This document shows, piece by piece, positions 50,101 through 61,915 of a DNA stretch of 64,000 bases. Location: positions 101,310,001-101,374,000 of the forward strand of contig NW_024704743.1 in assembly GCF_018977255.1 (NCBI RefSeq). Reading direction: 5' to 3'. Position 1 is the first letter of the stretch; each line of letters opens with the position of its first letter. The notes below the pieces were generated by a model. The model did not search any database, was not told the origin of the DNA, and was given only the letters and a program-made list of their open reading frames with translations. The DNA comes from Callorhinchus milii (Eukaryota). The position numbers and the translations under genes were made by a program.

Positions 50101-50906
50101 TTTTGTGGGCAAATTAAGAAGCGGATAATCAAGGTTCTACTTTGATTATACTGATGGTCAAGATTGCCTTAAAGGGGTGGGATTAAATCTCATCTGCAGT
50201 GGCTACAAATTGCCTAGCCCAAGAAAAGCTACATTTTACATGCATTTGTAGGAAAATATGTAATATAAGAGGAATAAGAGTTTCAGTATTTAATGAAATT
50301 AAGGAAGTCAGCACCCAGATTATAAAATGATGCCAAAATATACAGGACACTTCTGTGAGATGAAATTTCAGCTGGCATACCATATAGTAGTGCCTTCGGC
50401 AAATCTTGATTACACTGGGAAATACCATTGGTGTCTGACATTGTCAAAGGCATTATGTATAATGCTGACTGGATTTCAGCCCACAAGACTGAAAATTTTG
50501 GACTCAGGGTCATCTGCCTATTCATATCACAAAATAATTCCAGGTTACAAGACAAAAATACTGAGAAAGAAAACAGTATTAAAAAAAACAATGTTTTATT
50601 GAACAAGTCTTTCAAATATGTTAATATGGTTACATAGCTTTGAAAACGAAAATGATAATGACTTCAGTATTTATGTTGTTATACCCTCTGTAAGTCACTT
50701 ATGTGATACTGATATATGACAATGCATCCTCTTCAAATGAATCATTATGACCATCTTCATTTCCTAGTGAAATACTAACAAGTTAATTTAACTTTAAGAA
50801 AGGCAGATACAATAGTACAACAATATGTGATTGCGATATCATAAAGTGATATTGGGCTCCACGTCAAATGTGTTTATGTTGCACATGGTTGATCCTTGAA
50901 CATATA

Positions 50907-51080
50907 AGGTCTTAAATTCCACCTTGTCTTAGCCTATAAAACCATTTTGTCTTAAAATGAAGATGACACAGAATTGTAGATAATGCTTAAATTCAGCCTT
51001 AATTTGGAAACCGTTCTCCACAGCTCTTAAAAAGAAACCAGCTTCCAAATTAAGAATGAATTTAAGAATTTCCCAGAATA
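50907..51080. mobile_element. Palindromic MITE (family P), partial
   Basis: aggtcttaaattccaccttgtcttagcctataaaaccattttgtcttaaaatgaagatgacacagaattgt matches the 19870 copy. Confidence 0.7.
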
Positions 51081-51845
51081 TGCACAGCAATGTCCCACAA
51101 ACAGCAATGAAGTGACTGACCCATCTTATCTCAGGGGAATTGTTGATCAGGACACTGGGAGAAACTCCTTATATGGGATGTACCTGAGATGTAAACTATA
51201 TACATAGTACGTCAAGAATCAACATTGCTCAGAATGTCCTAAGAAATATTATTTGTTTTCACACTAAAATTATTTTCTCTATTATTTAAAATATGTGTTT
51301 ATCAGCAAAGGATTAAAATTTCAATGATAAGGTCTGAATTAAATTGCATGAGAAAAGAACACAATGGCTTTTGCAAAAGTCTACTGTTCACTTGTAAAAG
51401 AGAGGCCTATTTATGATGTTAGATAAGGATAGCAAGACACTATATCATCTACATAAACTGGTATTTCAGACACATATGCATAATCAATTGCCACTTCCTA
51501 CCAGCTGAGGGTAGTTGGAATCCAAGATCTCACAATTTCTGTGAGCGAATTTGGATAAGGATTCAAAACTTTCATTGAGTACTCTTTGCTAATAATCTCT
51601 TAACCTGAGCCTGGGAAGACTAGCTTCCACATAAAATTCTACAAGATGATTTCTTTTGCAAACCTCTGAGGCACTCTGGCCAAGCATGTCCTCCCTACTA
51701 TCAGTCTATAATTCCTTAGTGCTTTATCTCTCAGAGTTCAGCATAATTGGAAGAGTTAAGGGTACAGTCACTGAAGGTTACAATCCAGATTACATACACC
51801 AAACCACCCAACAGCAGCTGGATATCTGTCAAGGTTAATGAACAT

Positions 51846-52745
51846 CTGCCTGAATTGTCAGAAATCAAGTCCTGGATGAGAGCTAACTTTCTTCAGTTGA
51901 ATGTCAACAAAATCGAGGCTCTCCTGATTGGCTCCCATCAGCGTCTCCACACCTCAAGCACTGACAGCATCACCATCCATGGATGCACACTCCACCTTAC
52001 TAAGCCAGTCCGGAACCTTGGCGTCTTGCTTGATCCTCAACTATCCTTTCTACCCCACATCTGTGCCATGACTCGTTCCGTCTTCCCCCACCTCCGTAAC
52101 ATCGCCCGGCTCCGCCACTGTCTCACACCGCAGGCCGCCAAAACCCTCATACACATATTCATTGCACCGAGGCTTGACTATGAAAACTCCTTGCCTCCCC
52201 AACTCTTCCCTCCATAGGCTGCAGATCATTCAGACCTCTGCAGCCTGTGTCCTCTCCCGCAACAGGCTCCGTGATCCTATTATCCCCATCCTCGCCTGAC
52301 TCCACTGGCTTCCCATCACACAGAGGATACAGTTCAAGATCCTGGTCCTCACCTTCAGAGCCCTCCATGGTCTTGCTCCCCACTACCTTTGTGACATCCT
52401 AACCCCAGACCATCCTGCCTGCTCCCGCTGCTCAGTGGGCTCCAGCCTGCTTCACGTCCCCTGCCTCTCCCACCCACCTTTAGGGGGTGGGCCTTTTGTC
52501 ACTCTGTCCCCACCTTCTGGATCCCCATGCCGCAGTGCCTCTGACTCGCACCCTCCCTTGCCTCCTTCAAGATCCATCTCATGACCCTCCTCTTCGACCA
52601 TGCTTTCGATCACCCTACTTCCCACCCTGAGCTCCACCTTCCCCAATCCCGACCCCCATCTCGGGTCCAAAACTCTGACTGTCCAGCTCCATGGGTCATC
52701 CTCCCGACGTGAAAGACGCTATACAGTATTAATTTTGTTGTTGTT
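51846..52745 (+). mobile_element. 5'-truncated L2 LINE (end of RT domain to 3' tail)
   Basis: IKSWMRANFLQLNVNKIEALLIG...VRNLGVLLDPQLSFLPHI...HLRNIARLRHCL...RLDY, with frameshifts and stops. Tail ttgttgttg. Confidence 0.95.
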
Positions 52746-52760
52746 ATTCATCAGGTATCA

Positions 52761-53200
52761 AAATAATAATAATAATCTTTGCATTTGATATAGTGACTTT
52801 TGGGACATTGGGACAGTGTCTCAAAGAGCTTTGGAGGATTTACTGTAAATTGCAGTAATTGTGCATTTTGTATGTGAATGCCACAGCCAAATTGCACAAA
52901 GCAATAAACAGCCATGAAGTGAATGACCAATTTTTTTCTGAGGAATTGTAGGCCAGGACACCTTTTCAAATCGTGCCAAGAGGACTTTAATTTCCACCTG
53001 AACAGACAAATTTAACTTTGGTTTAACATCTCATTCAAAGGAAGGAACCTCCAACAAACCAAAACACCCTCCCACACACCCCCAACACTGTATTGGAGTG
53101 TCATTTTAGACTATATGAGTTCCAAGTCCCAATATGGGGTTTGAAATCACAACCTTCTAACTCTGAGGCCAGAGTGATACAGTCTGAGCTAGGCTGACAC
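52761..53200 (-). mobile_element. SINE family B, full length
   Basis: (aat)n, ttgcatttgatatag, cagccaaattgcaca, tattggagtgtc, ctgagctaggctgacacc. Confidence 0.85.
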
Positions 53201-53534
53201 CTTGTTGAAGAGATTTGGGCTTGGACAACAGTAATACTAGCTCAAATCATCTGATGTCAATACACAAAACCATGCCTTGAGATCACCAGTTGAATGAATG
53301 CCATGCCCGGTAGATTGTCTATCCTGGGAATCAATTTCAAGCGATATGTCTCCTCAAGATAATTTTAGAAGGCAGGCTTGTCTGAATCATTTTACAATGG
53401 TGTATTTCATACAAGATTTATTGTGTTGTTTACGTCAATTCAGTGCAGTATAAACAAAGCAGAAAATAGGCAAGCAGTGTATCATCTATAAATACACAGT
53501 CACTACACTTAACAGATCCCAACGGATGAATTTC

Positions 53535-53900
53535 AATGTCCCTCACCTATAAATGCCTTCAGACTAGCATCTTTGTATCTCTGCAACCTTCTCCTACCCC
53601 ACTCTTCTGCCTACACTCTCCGCTCAGTTAACTTGGGATTGCTGTGTGTCCCCTGCCCTCTCAGCCCCACCATCGATGACTAAGCCTTCAGCTACTATGC
53701 TCCTAACTTATGGAAATCCTTCCCTATACCGCTCCATCTTGCCCTGTCTTTAAATCCTACCTAAACCCCTACCCTTCAAATGTGTTTGCAGTCAATGCCC
53801 CCTTTTACCAACTCTCTTTACTTGATATCTCACCGCATCATTGTGAAGTTCTCTGAGATTTTATCCAAGGCGAAGGACACTATATAAATGGAAGTTGTTA
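53535..53900 (+). mobile_element. Old L2 LINE 3' fragment
   Basis: gtccctcacctataaatgcctt...cactctccgctc...gccttcagctactatgctcctaacttatggaa...tatataaatggaagttgtt. Confidence 0.75.
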
Positions 53901-54387
53901 CAAATTGTAAATGGAGAAAAAAAATCAAACTACTTCCTAATCCAATTTAGCATTTAAATTCACAATCATTAAATTATAAAATCCAGCACAAATTATCTGA
54001 CCATTGATTTGCAGCACATTAATATAGCTATCTATTGTAAAGGTTCACCAACAGACAACATCCGACTATATATTTGAGGGTCACTTTTGTGTCCCATATT
54101 GGATAATTTATCACTGTATGTATTCAAAGGGTTACTGGATCACTTATTATTTAACAAATTGTGATACCAGTATGGGTTGCATAGCATATTATATTCAGTT
54201 TTCCTAATCTAGAAATTAAAATAATCCTAAAATGTTTTGGCAATACAGCCATTAATTTAGGTGGAAGCCAACTTTACTCCAGCTGATTATTAACTGCTGA
54301 TAATTGAAGAACAATTGTATACATTATTAGAAATTATCAATCACCTGTTCTTGTTAATTGTCAGCTGTGTTTCGTCCACAAGTATCG

Positions 54388-55283
54388 AACAACAACAAAA
54401 TTACATTTGTTAGCATCTTTCACATCGGGAGGACGTCCCAAGGCGCTGGACAATCAATGTTTTGTACCCAAGCTGGGGATCGGGATTTGGGAGCCTGGAG
54501 GTAGGTGGGGGAAGAAGGGTAATCGAAAGCACGATCAAAGAGGAGGTTCTTGAGATGGATCTTGAACAAGGCAAGGGAAGGGGCGAGGCGGAGGGACTGT
54601 GGGATGGAGTTCCAATGGTGGGGCAGGTGAGGTGGGGGACATGAAGCAGGCCGGAGCCCGTGAGCGGAGGGAGTGGGCAGGATAGTAGGGGGTTAGCAGG
54701 TCGCAGAGGTGGGGGGAATGAGGCCATGGAAGGCTTTGAAAATGAGGACCAGGATCTTGAACTGTATCCTCTGTGTGATGGCAAGCCAATGAAGTCAGGC
54801 AAGGATGGGTGTGACAGGATCATGGAGCCTGGTGCGGGAGAGGACATGGGCTGCAGAGTTCTGGATGATCTGCAGCCTAGGGAGGGAGGAGTTTGGGAGG
54901 CCGACAAGCAAGGGGTTTGCGTAGTCAAGCCTCAATGTTATGAATGCATGTACGAGAGGTTTGGCAGCCTGCAGTGTGAGACAGTGCAAAGGTGGGTGAA
55001 GGCAAAGCAGGTCATGGCATAGATGTGGGGTAGAAAGGATAGTTGAGGGTCAAACAAGACCCCAAGGTTCCGGACTGGCTTAGCAAGGTGGAGAGTGTAA
55101 CCACGGATGGTGATGCTGTCAGCGCCTGAGGTGTGGAGGCGCTGACAGGAGCCAATCAGGAGAGCCTTGGTCTTGTTGACGTTCAACTGAAGAAAGTTAG
55201 CTCTGATCCAGGAATTGATGTCTGACAGGTGTCTGTCAGGACAGCAGTGGTCCTGGAGTCAAGGGTGGAGGCAGAGAGGTACA
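54388..55283 (-). mobile_element. 5'-truncated L2 LINE inserted into a family A SINE
   Basis: Minus frames give NVNKTKALLIGS...VRNLGVLFDPQLSFLPHI and LVHAFITLRLDYANPLLVGLP...IIQNSAA. SINE halves flank it (gtttcgtccacaag | agtcaattcacattacag). Confidence 0.95.
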
Positions 55284-55404
55284 GTGAATAGAGTCAATTC
55301 ACATTACAGTATTTTCTGTGAATTGCATTGAGACGTCGAGAAGACACGAAAAGCGCTATATCAAATGCAAGGATTCTTCTTATTATTATTATTACCATTT
55401 AGCC

Positions 55405-55625
55405 TGGAGGCCCGTGGCTCAGTGGTTAGAGCACTCCCTTGCAAGTGAGAGACATGGGTTCAATTCCCGGCAAGGCGAAATGTTGGGCAAGTTTCCATGC
55501 TCCACATGCCTTTGTTTACCTAGCAGTAACTAGGAACCCATTTGTTAGTCGATTGGCAGATCGATTTTCTGGGAATAAATATCACAACTAAGCGTGAGGG
55601 TTTGTGAAAAATGGTTGGAAATCTC
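55405..55625 (+). mobile_element. Family A SINE variant with extended CORE-like segment
   Basis: tggaggcccgtggctcagtggttagagcac...ggttcaattccc...ttgggcaagtttccatgctccacatgcctttgtttacctagcagtaactagg. Confidence 0.8.
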
Positions 55626-55682
55626 CCTTATTAGTTGCTGTAAATTATAAATTGTAATAAATAGATATATCTGAATGGATTT

Positions 55683-56000
55683 AGTCAGCCTGGCTCAGTT
55701 GAAAGCATTCTCACCTGAGTCAGAAGGTTGTGGGTTCAAGCCCCACATAGTGACTTTGAATTCCCATAGTCCAGGCTGACACTCCAATGCAGAGCTGGGG
55801 TGGGCGGCGTTTGCATTCTTGAAGGTGCCATCCTTCAGTTGAAAACATTAAAACAAAGTCCCCTCTGCCTGTTGTGCATAAATTGACTACCGCATTCACC
55901 TATAAAATACACAATCACTTTATAGTAAACCAGTAAAATATTTTGGGATATCTTCTTGACATGAAAGGTGCTATATCAAATGCAAGGATTCTTCTTATTA
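55683..56000 (+). mobile_element. SINE family B
   Basis: gtcagcctggctcagttg...gagtcagaaggttgtgggttcaagcccca...atcaaatgcaagga. Confidence 0.85.
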
Positions 56001-56801
56001 ATAATATTTCGGCCGGTTGTGAAAAAGACAAATTAATGAGTGGGGGTGGGGGAGAGTAAATTATAGATAAATGCTTAAAATTGCCACTGGCCTCTACTCT
56101 CAACAAGCAATGAGTGCACACTATTTTATTATAACAGAATGATAATACACATTTCCAATAGTGTCTGCAATCCTCAGCTCAGAACTATAGGCACTATTTT
56201 GTAATCCTCATTCATTGGATCACATAGCTGCGCCTGAAGCAGAAACATATTTCTTACAGTGTCCTGGACAAAGGCACAGGGATTGTTGCCCAACTATAAT
56301 TTTCCTTCCACTCAGGATTTTGATAACGTGTAAAACAACTACAAGTCAAGGGGTCACAGCAATCAGTTGCACTGCATGTATCTATTTTTACACAGCAACC
56401 TGACAAAACCAGCAGAACACGTATTTAAACATCCCGAGTCTCTCTCTCAGCTGCAACAGAAAAGCCGACTTTCTCTAAGTCAGACAGGAATTTACTTAAT
56501 GAAAAAATGAGGTAAAAGATCAAAAGAATGTCCCGTTTAAAGGATTATTTTCCATTGGAAGAAGAAAGCGCTGGATGTTTGGTTTATATCTGGAATGGGA
56601 ATAATGGAAAGATAAGATGACCTATGGCAGAACTAGCGCCACTCTATCTTTGTTCATTCTGCTTGTTTACCTTCAGCAGAACAGGGGAAGATACAGTGCG
56701 CTCCTCGCTGGTACACATGCGATCTTAAGCATTAAACCTTCACAAAATAATAGAGCATCCGAGATGAAGAATGAGCTAAATGTTTATAAGACTTCACCAC
56801 C

Positions 56802-56861
56802 TACACACACACACACATAGACAGACACACACACAGACAGACACACACACACACACACACA
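56802..56861. repeat. (CA)n/(CAGA) microsatellite
   Basis: Seen directly. Confidence 0.95.
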
Positions 56862-57123
56862 ATTGCAATTTCGTCGTTATTGTTTCAGATTTCTCTTACC
56901 TCTGCTAAGAATATATATATATATATTGTATGTATGTATGTGTACTGTATGTATAAAACGAGGCGGTCGGTTGCTGTTAGTTGTAAGTGCACCAGTTGAA
57001 ATGTATCGCGAAGCGAACGCTTGGATTTTAATGCTATTTTGTTTGAAAATGAACGAAAGTTGTGGAATAGTTAACAGCTCAACAGCCTTGAAAATAATAG
57101 AATGTCAAACAAAATGCTTCTAC

Positions 57124-57149
57124 ATTATTATTATTATTATTATTATTAT
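57124..57149. repeat. (ATT)n microsatellite
   Basis: Seen directly. Confidence 0.95.
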
Positions 57150-60040
57150 AACGTGGACAACGAGTAACTTTATCAATCTGATGGCAATGTAAATCTATAA
57201 GTAACTCTGATCCCTGTTTTTTAATTATTATTTAGCAAAACCTTACTCTGCACAGTACTGTATATAGATCATACTGTTCTTTTTTTTATTGGGGGGAGGA
57301 AATTCGTAATAGTTGTGAAAAATAGAATAGGTAAAAATTCAGTCATTCAGCCTATTATTTGTTATACGCGAGTTGAACGATCTGAACCTATTTTTTCGAT
57401 AAACTTGCAACATGTGAAAATTATTATACAAGAAAGAGGCAAACATAATAGTGAAAGCAATTTGCAGTATAATTACCAACGTGGTTATATTCTAAACTGG
57501 CATCAATGTATACCCATTTTTTTCATTGCGGATAATATTCCTAATTTAATGCTAAGTTTCATTTGTTTTATAATTAATGCTATACTTGCAGGAAGACAGC
57601 GTTTAAAATAGACTTCGTGTGTGTGGAAAACCTATGTATGTGCATGTATTCTGGTGGTGTCCGCCTATGCTAAGATTTGTGAAAATGATATTAGTGGTCT
57701 GCATGTCAGGGATTGTAATGAAAACAAGTGTAACCGTATGCAATAGGTAAAATCGTGATCTTAACAAGGGTTACACACAGAAATTGCACAGCTGTCTGGA
57801 CATACAGGGCTGTCAGTGTCAGTCGGTTTGTAGCTGAGAAATGTATGAATGACCCTTTCGTTTTTTCTCTTAGTTAAGGGATTGGGCATTTCTGTAACTT
57901 AGCGCTAAACAAGTAAATACAATATATCCGTTTGTTAATTCGAGTGGTTAAACATTGAAACAGACAATGTGAAAAATCCATATTTCTTCATGTAACATAG
58001 TTGCACCATCAACACCTGATGATGATCATCACTGTATCTAATGAACATAATTACAAATACTCGCTGTTCAATGTAGCCATTTCACATCTGATCCCCTGCG
58101 CACAAAATCTACAAAAAGGGATGGTAATAACGAAATAATACATTCCAAACTTTATTTGCTATTTAAATTTGCAGCAGTGGTGTAATTGCAAGATGTTTGA
58201 TGCAAAAACCTGAACCCATTGAAATGTGTGAAGAACATTCAACACTAAATATACAGGACTCGCTTCCTCTGGAGCTTTGACCATGTTTCGCTTTGATCGT
58301 GTACAATTTCTTAAATAACAATCCCTGGTAATGTCATCAAAATCAGTTTCAAACTACGATATCCGTGACACTAAAATCCACCAATTCTCAGCCTGAAAAA
58401 AAATCAGATGCAGACAAGAGAGAGTGACTAACTTTTAATAGACAGCGTTATCATACTCTGACCAACTTCTGTCAAATATTAAGATTCTCAAATTAAGATT
58501 AAGAACGCACAAACGAGAAAGGTAAAATCTTGAATTTGAGAAATTGCGTGTTTTCAATGTTCCTTAAATAGAAGACAAGACAACCCGTCCAGTCTTTAAA
58601 AAATCACTATCTATTGATCTCTTATCAATAGTTCTGAATACATCATGAGTTGGGTGAAGCTAACCAACATACACTTTAACAAAACAAACTCGTGTGAGTA
58701 TTTATGTATAAATCTGGGTATATCATGCCCCAAGTATATTTTACACCTCATAATTAGTTCACCTGGTCCAATAACTGCGTTCACAGTTTTGTTGAATTTT
58801 ATTTTCGTTGCTACATTCCTGATTACAAAACATAATGTTTTGCAGCAGAATATGAATGTGTCTGGGAAGCAAATCACAAATTTAAGCATAGTGAGCGTTG
58901 TACTTTGTGCACAAATAATTTATCTTGGCTACTAAACACGGGCTATTTGGTCTGAATTTAACATTTTCTAAAGTGGTAACCTCATTTTAGAGACCTCTAT
59001 ACTTTTGAAAGACTCCTACACTTTCAAGAATAAGCCATTAATATTTTAAGCAATGCTGGATTGTCAGCACTGTGATCACTGATTTGCTGTTCCAGTGCAT
59101 TTGGTGCATGTTTTATTTATGCAATGCTTTTGCTTATGAGTTCAAAATATCTTTCGGCATTTCTAAATTATAGTAATCTATAATTAGAGTGCAGAGAAGC
59201 GTGATTTTAGACCTTCATATTTAGCAGAAGTTGTTTTTTTAAAAAAAAGCTGATTATGATACGACTGCACCTCTTTCTTCATTGCTACATTTTACCTAAT
59301 ATTCCCTTTGCTTATTAAAAGCCACATGAGCTTGCGCTTTCTGAATTGATCTGAACCTCATTTCAGGAGATTGTTTTGAACACCAGAAAAATGAGCCTTT
59401 TTCGCTTCAACTTGCTGATGGTATCAGCGCCTTTTTGGAAATAAAATGTATTGAGAGTCGGCAAAACTACAGCATGAGACAGTCGCACCACACAGAGTGG
59501 TTGTGTAGGTGCGGCGCTATAGGCAGCAGCACGGAATCATCTGTAATAAAACAAAACTGAGAGCAAACTAGTTGTAACTGTGTTGAGCAATCTGCCCTGG
59601 TCACCACACAACGCCAGCAAAAATCCAGGACTGTGAAAATAAAAACATAATCTGCTTCTCTCACTTCTTGCACAGCTCCTAATTCCAAATGATTTAACTC
59701 GCGCTTGGAAGTGTTTCATACAATTTACTGCAGTTTGGTAAACGGTATAAATAACCCCCCCCCCCCCAAAAAAAAAGTCTTGCAACGTTTTAACAAAGGA
59801 TACTTTATACAGTGTGATTTGTAGACGTGGAGAAGTGTGTCACCGAGACAGTGTGAGCATGAACGGACAACTAAAATACACCCATTAAACAAGAGTGAGA
59901 GAGAAAGTGAATGGTTAAGGTGGAAGATGTGTTTTATAATGGGCGAGGTTTCGATTGCCCTTACTTCACAGAAATGTTTTTTTTATATATCAGGCAATAT
60001 AAAAATAAGGAAAAGAAAACGTGCGATGGCGGAATTTTGA

Positions 60041-60345
60041 AAGAAACCAGAAAAATGCTGGAAATCCCCAGCAGTCACTCAGCATCTGAAAGGCTAAGAC
60101 AGGTTAATAGTTGAGGTAGGACCCTCCGTCAGAACTAAAACTGTGAGCTGGGAAACGTCTTTATTTTTTAAATTACTTCCTAATCTCCTTTTCCTTGGTC
60201 TGATCTCACTTGCCCTATAAAGCGGCTCCCACAGTCCAGCCTTTCAATTTCGATGAAGGGCCTTACCTCAAACGTTAAACTGTCTTTAGCTTCTTTCATA
60301 CGCTGTTTTGGCTGCTGTAAATGTACAAGTATATCCTGTGTTTTT
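60041..60345. mobile_element. Old Penelope-like remnant with two inverted terminal-repeat halves
   Basis: aaaatgctggaaatccccagcag...accctccgtcagaact (60041-60136) is mirrored by cgatgaagggccttacctcaaacgttaaactgtctttagc...gctgctg (60250-60345). Both hammerhead cores are degenerate. Confidence 0.65.
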
Positions 60346-61039
60346 TTTTAAAAAAAATGCATATGTCAAGCGTTCACCTAAATTTAATTAACCGCAGCGA
60401 GTAAAACAATCTGGAGAGTTGAAAGTGAATTATGCAAAGAGCAGGTTAAAAATAGTATCATGATAATAGTAAAGGTGCCGTAGATTGAAAGTTTAATTCC
60501 CCAAATGTAAAACTTCACTAATTCTATTCTTTTGTAGACAGTTATCAGAACAAAGACGGTCGTATTTTGCAAATAACTGATCATTTTATTTAAGATAGGC
60601 GTAAAATAACATGAAGTTGCACTTGAGATAAGATTGATTTAATCACGATTCATCCATATCACTGCCCTTTGAAATATATCGACATTAAAATGAATTTGTA
60701 CACTACATAATTTATTGTATGGCTAAAGCCTCAAATTGTATTCATAAATTATGAGTAGATATGTTGTATACAGAGTGCATTCTTTGTATGCATGAACATA
60801 CTGGATGCGTTAAATTGCACTAAGGTTCAACTGTAAGTAATTGGGGGAATGTGATGTTTTGCTGTTATTTTCTTCCCTGCAGCCTGTTAATGTAAGAGCT
60901 CCCTGATGGGGAGACAGTGCGGCGTCCAGTGTTCATTCCTGTGTGCCATTCTTTAGCACTGCTATCAGGACAGAACACACACAGCTTGTTCTGTTTAGTC
61001 CAGTCACCTCATCACTCTTCCACTGACTGCCGACAAGAG

Positions 61040-61090
61040 TCTCCCTCCCTCTCTCTCTCCCTCTCTTTCTCCCTCCCTCTCTCTCTCCCC
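61040..61090. repeat. (CT)-rich microsatellite
   Basis: Seen directly. Confidence 0.9.
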
Positions 61091-61425
61091 CGTGCCGAGC
61101 AGACCCCAGCCCGCCTCCCCCTCTGCGGAAACCCACTGCTCGGCTGACGACCCAAACCCACCGTGAAACCCGCAAACCTTCGACAACAGCTCGACATCCT
61201 CCAGTGCGGGCGCACTGCGCCATCAGATTTTATCTGTGGAAAGCCGTCACCGGCATAAACAAATCGCATTTCCTCGACAGACCTCATCGTTCCTCTGTCT
61301 GCGATATGAATTATAAATTAGTGTCCTCAGTGTGAAATATCCTCTCCCAATACCCACATTGTGTCCAATGTCCTCGCCGTAAACATTCAGGGTTAATATT
61401 CAGGGCAGCGTCAAATTGTCTGACA

Positions 61426-61475
61426 AACACACACACACACACAGACACAGACAGACACACACGAGCATCACACAC
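61426..61475. repeat. (CA)n microsatellite
   Basis: Seen directly. Confidence 0.9.
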
Positions 61476-61872
61476 AATATATACTTTTTTTTTGCAAAAA
61501 GTATGTATGTGTAACAAATATGAAACGGCCTTGGTCGTTCACCATCAAACATAATTAACTTTCCTCTTCAGTAAAGTCGGGACTGTTACAGATATTGTAG
61601 GAAATTGCAATGCCGCGGGCAGTGAGAAATAAAGCCGTCTTTCATGTTGGCTGAAAAATCGTGTCAAACCGTGACAGTTTGCAGCGAATTAAAGCGTAAA
61701 ATGCGTCAACAGCCGATATCCCGTGCGCTGCAATAGTCGAACACATGTCAGTACAGGACAGACGTGTGCAAAGTGCTCCTGAATAAAATACCACAGCAAA
61801 ACAAATTATATCATACATTTACATTAACGTCTCTGACTTAACGAAACATTTAAGGACCCTTTTATTGTTGTT

Positions 61873-61915
61873 TATATGTATATATATATACGTTTATATA
61901 TATATATATATATAT
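61873..61915. repeat. (TA)n microsatellite
   Basis: Seen directly. Confidence 0.9.

Noticed and set aside
51747..52217. 156-aa ORF as a host gene (also 54410-54928, 11367-11831, 28960-29310, 41750-42079)
   Set aside because: These are frameshifted L2 ORF2 C-terminal remnants or alternative frames over them.
59482..59540. miR-15/16-like seed (agcagcac) or iron-responsive element
   Set aside because: There is no pre-miRNA-length stem around the seed, and CAGAGU is not positioned as an apical loop on a 5-bp stem.
60972..60992. Glucocorticoid response element AGAACA...TGTTCT
   Set aside because: The half-sites are 9 bp apart rather than the canonical 3 bp.
60917..61287. Overlapping ORFs rich in ER/SL dipeptides
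   Set aside because: They are artefacts of the (CT)n/(GA)n microsatellite and GC-rich promoter sequence.
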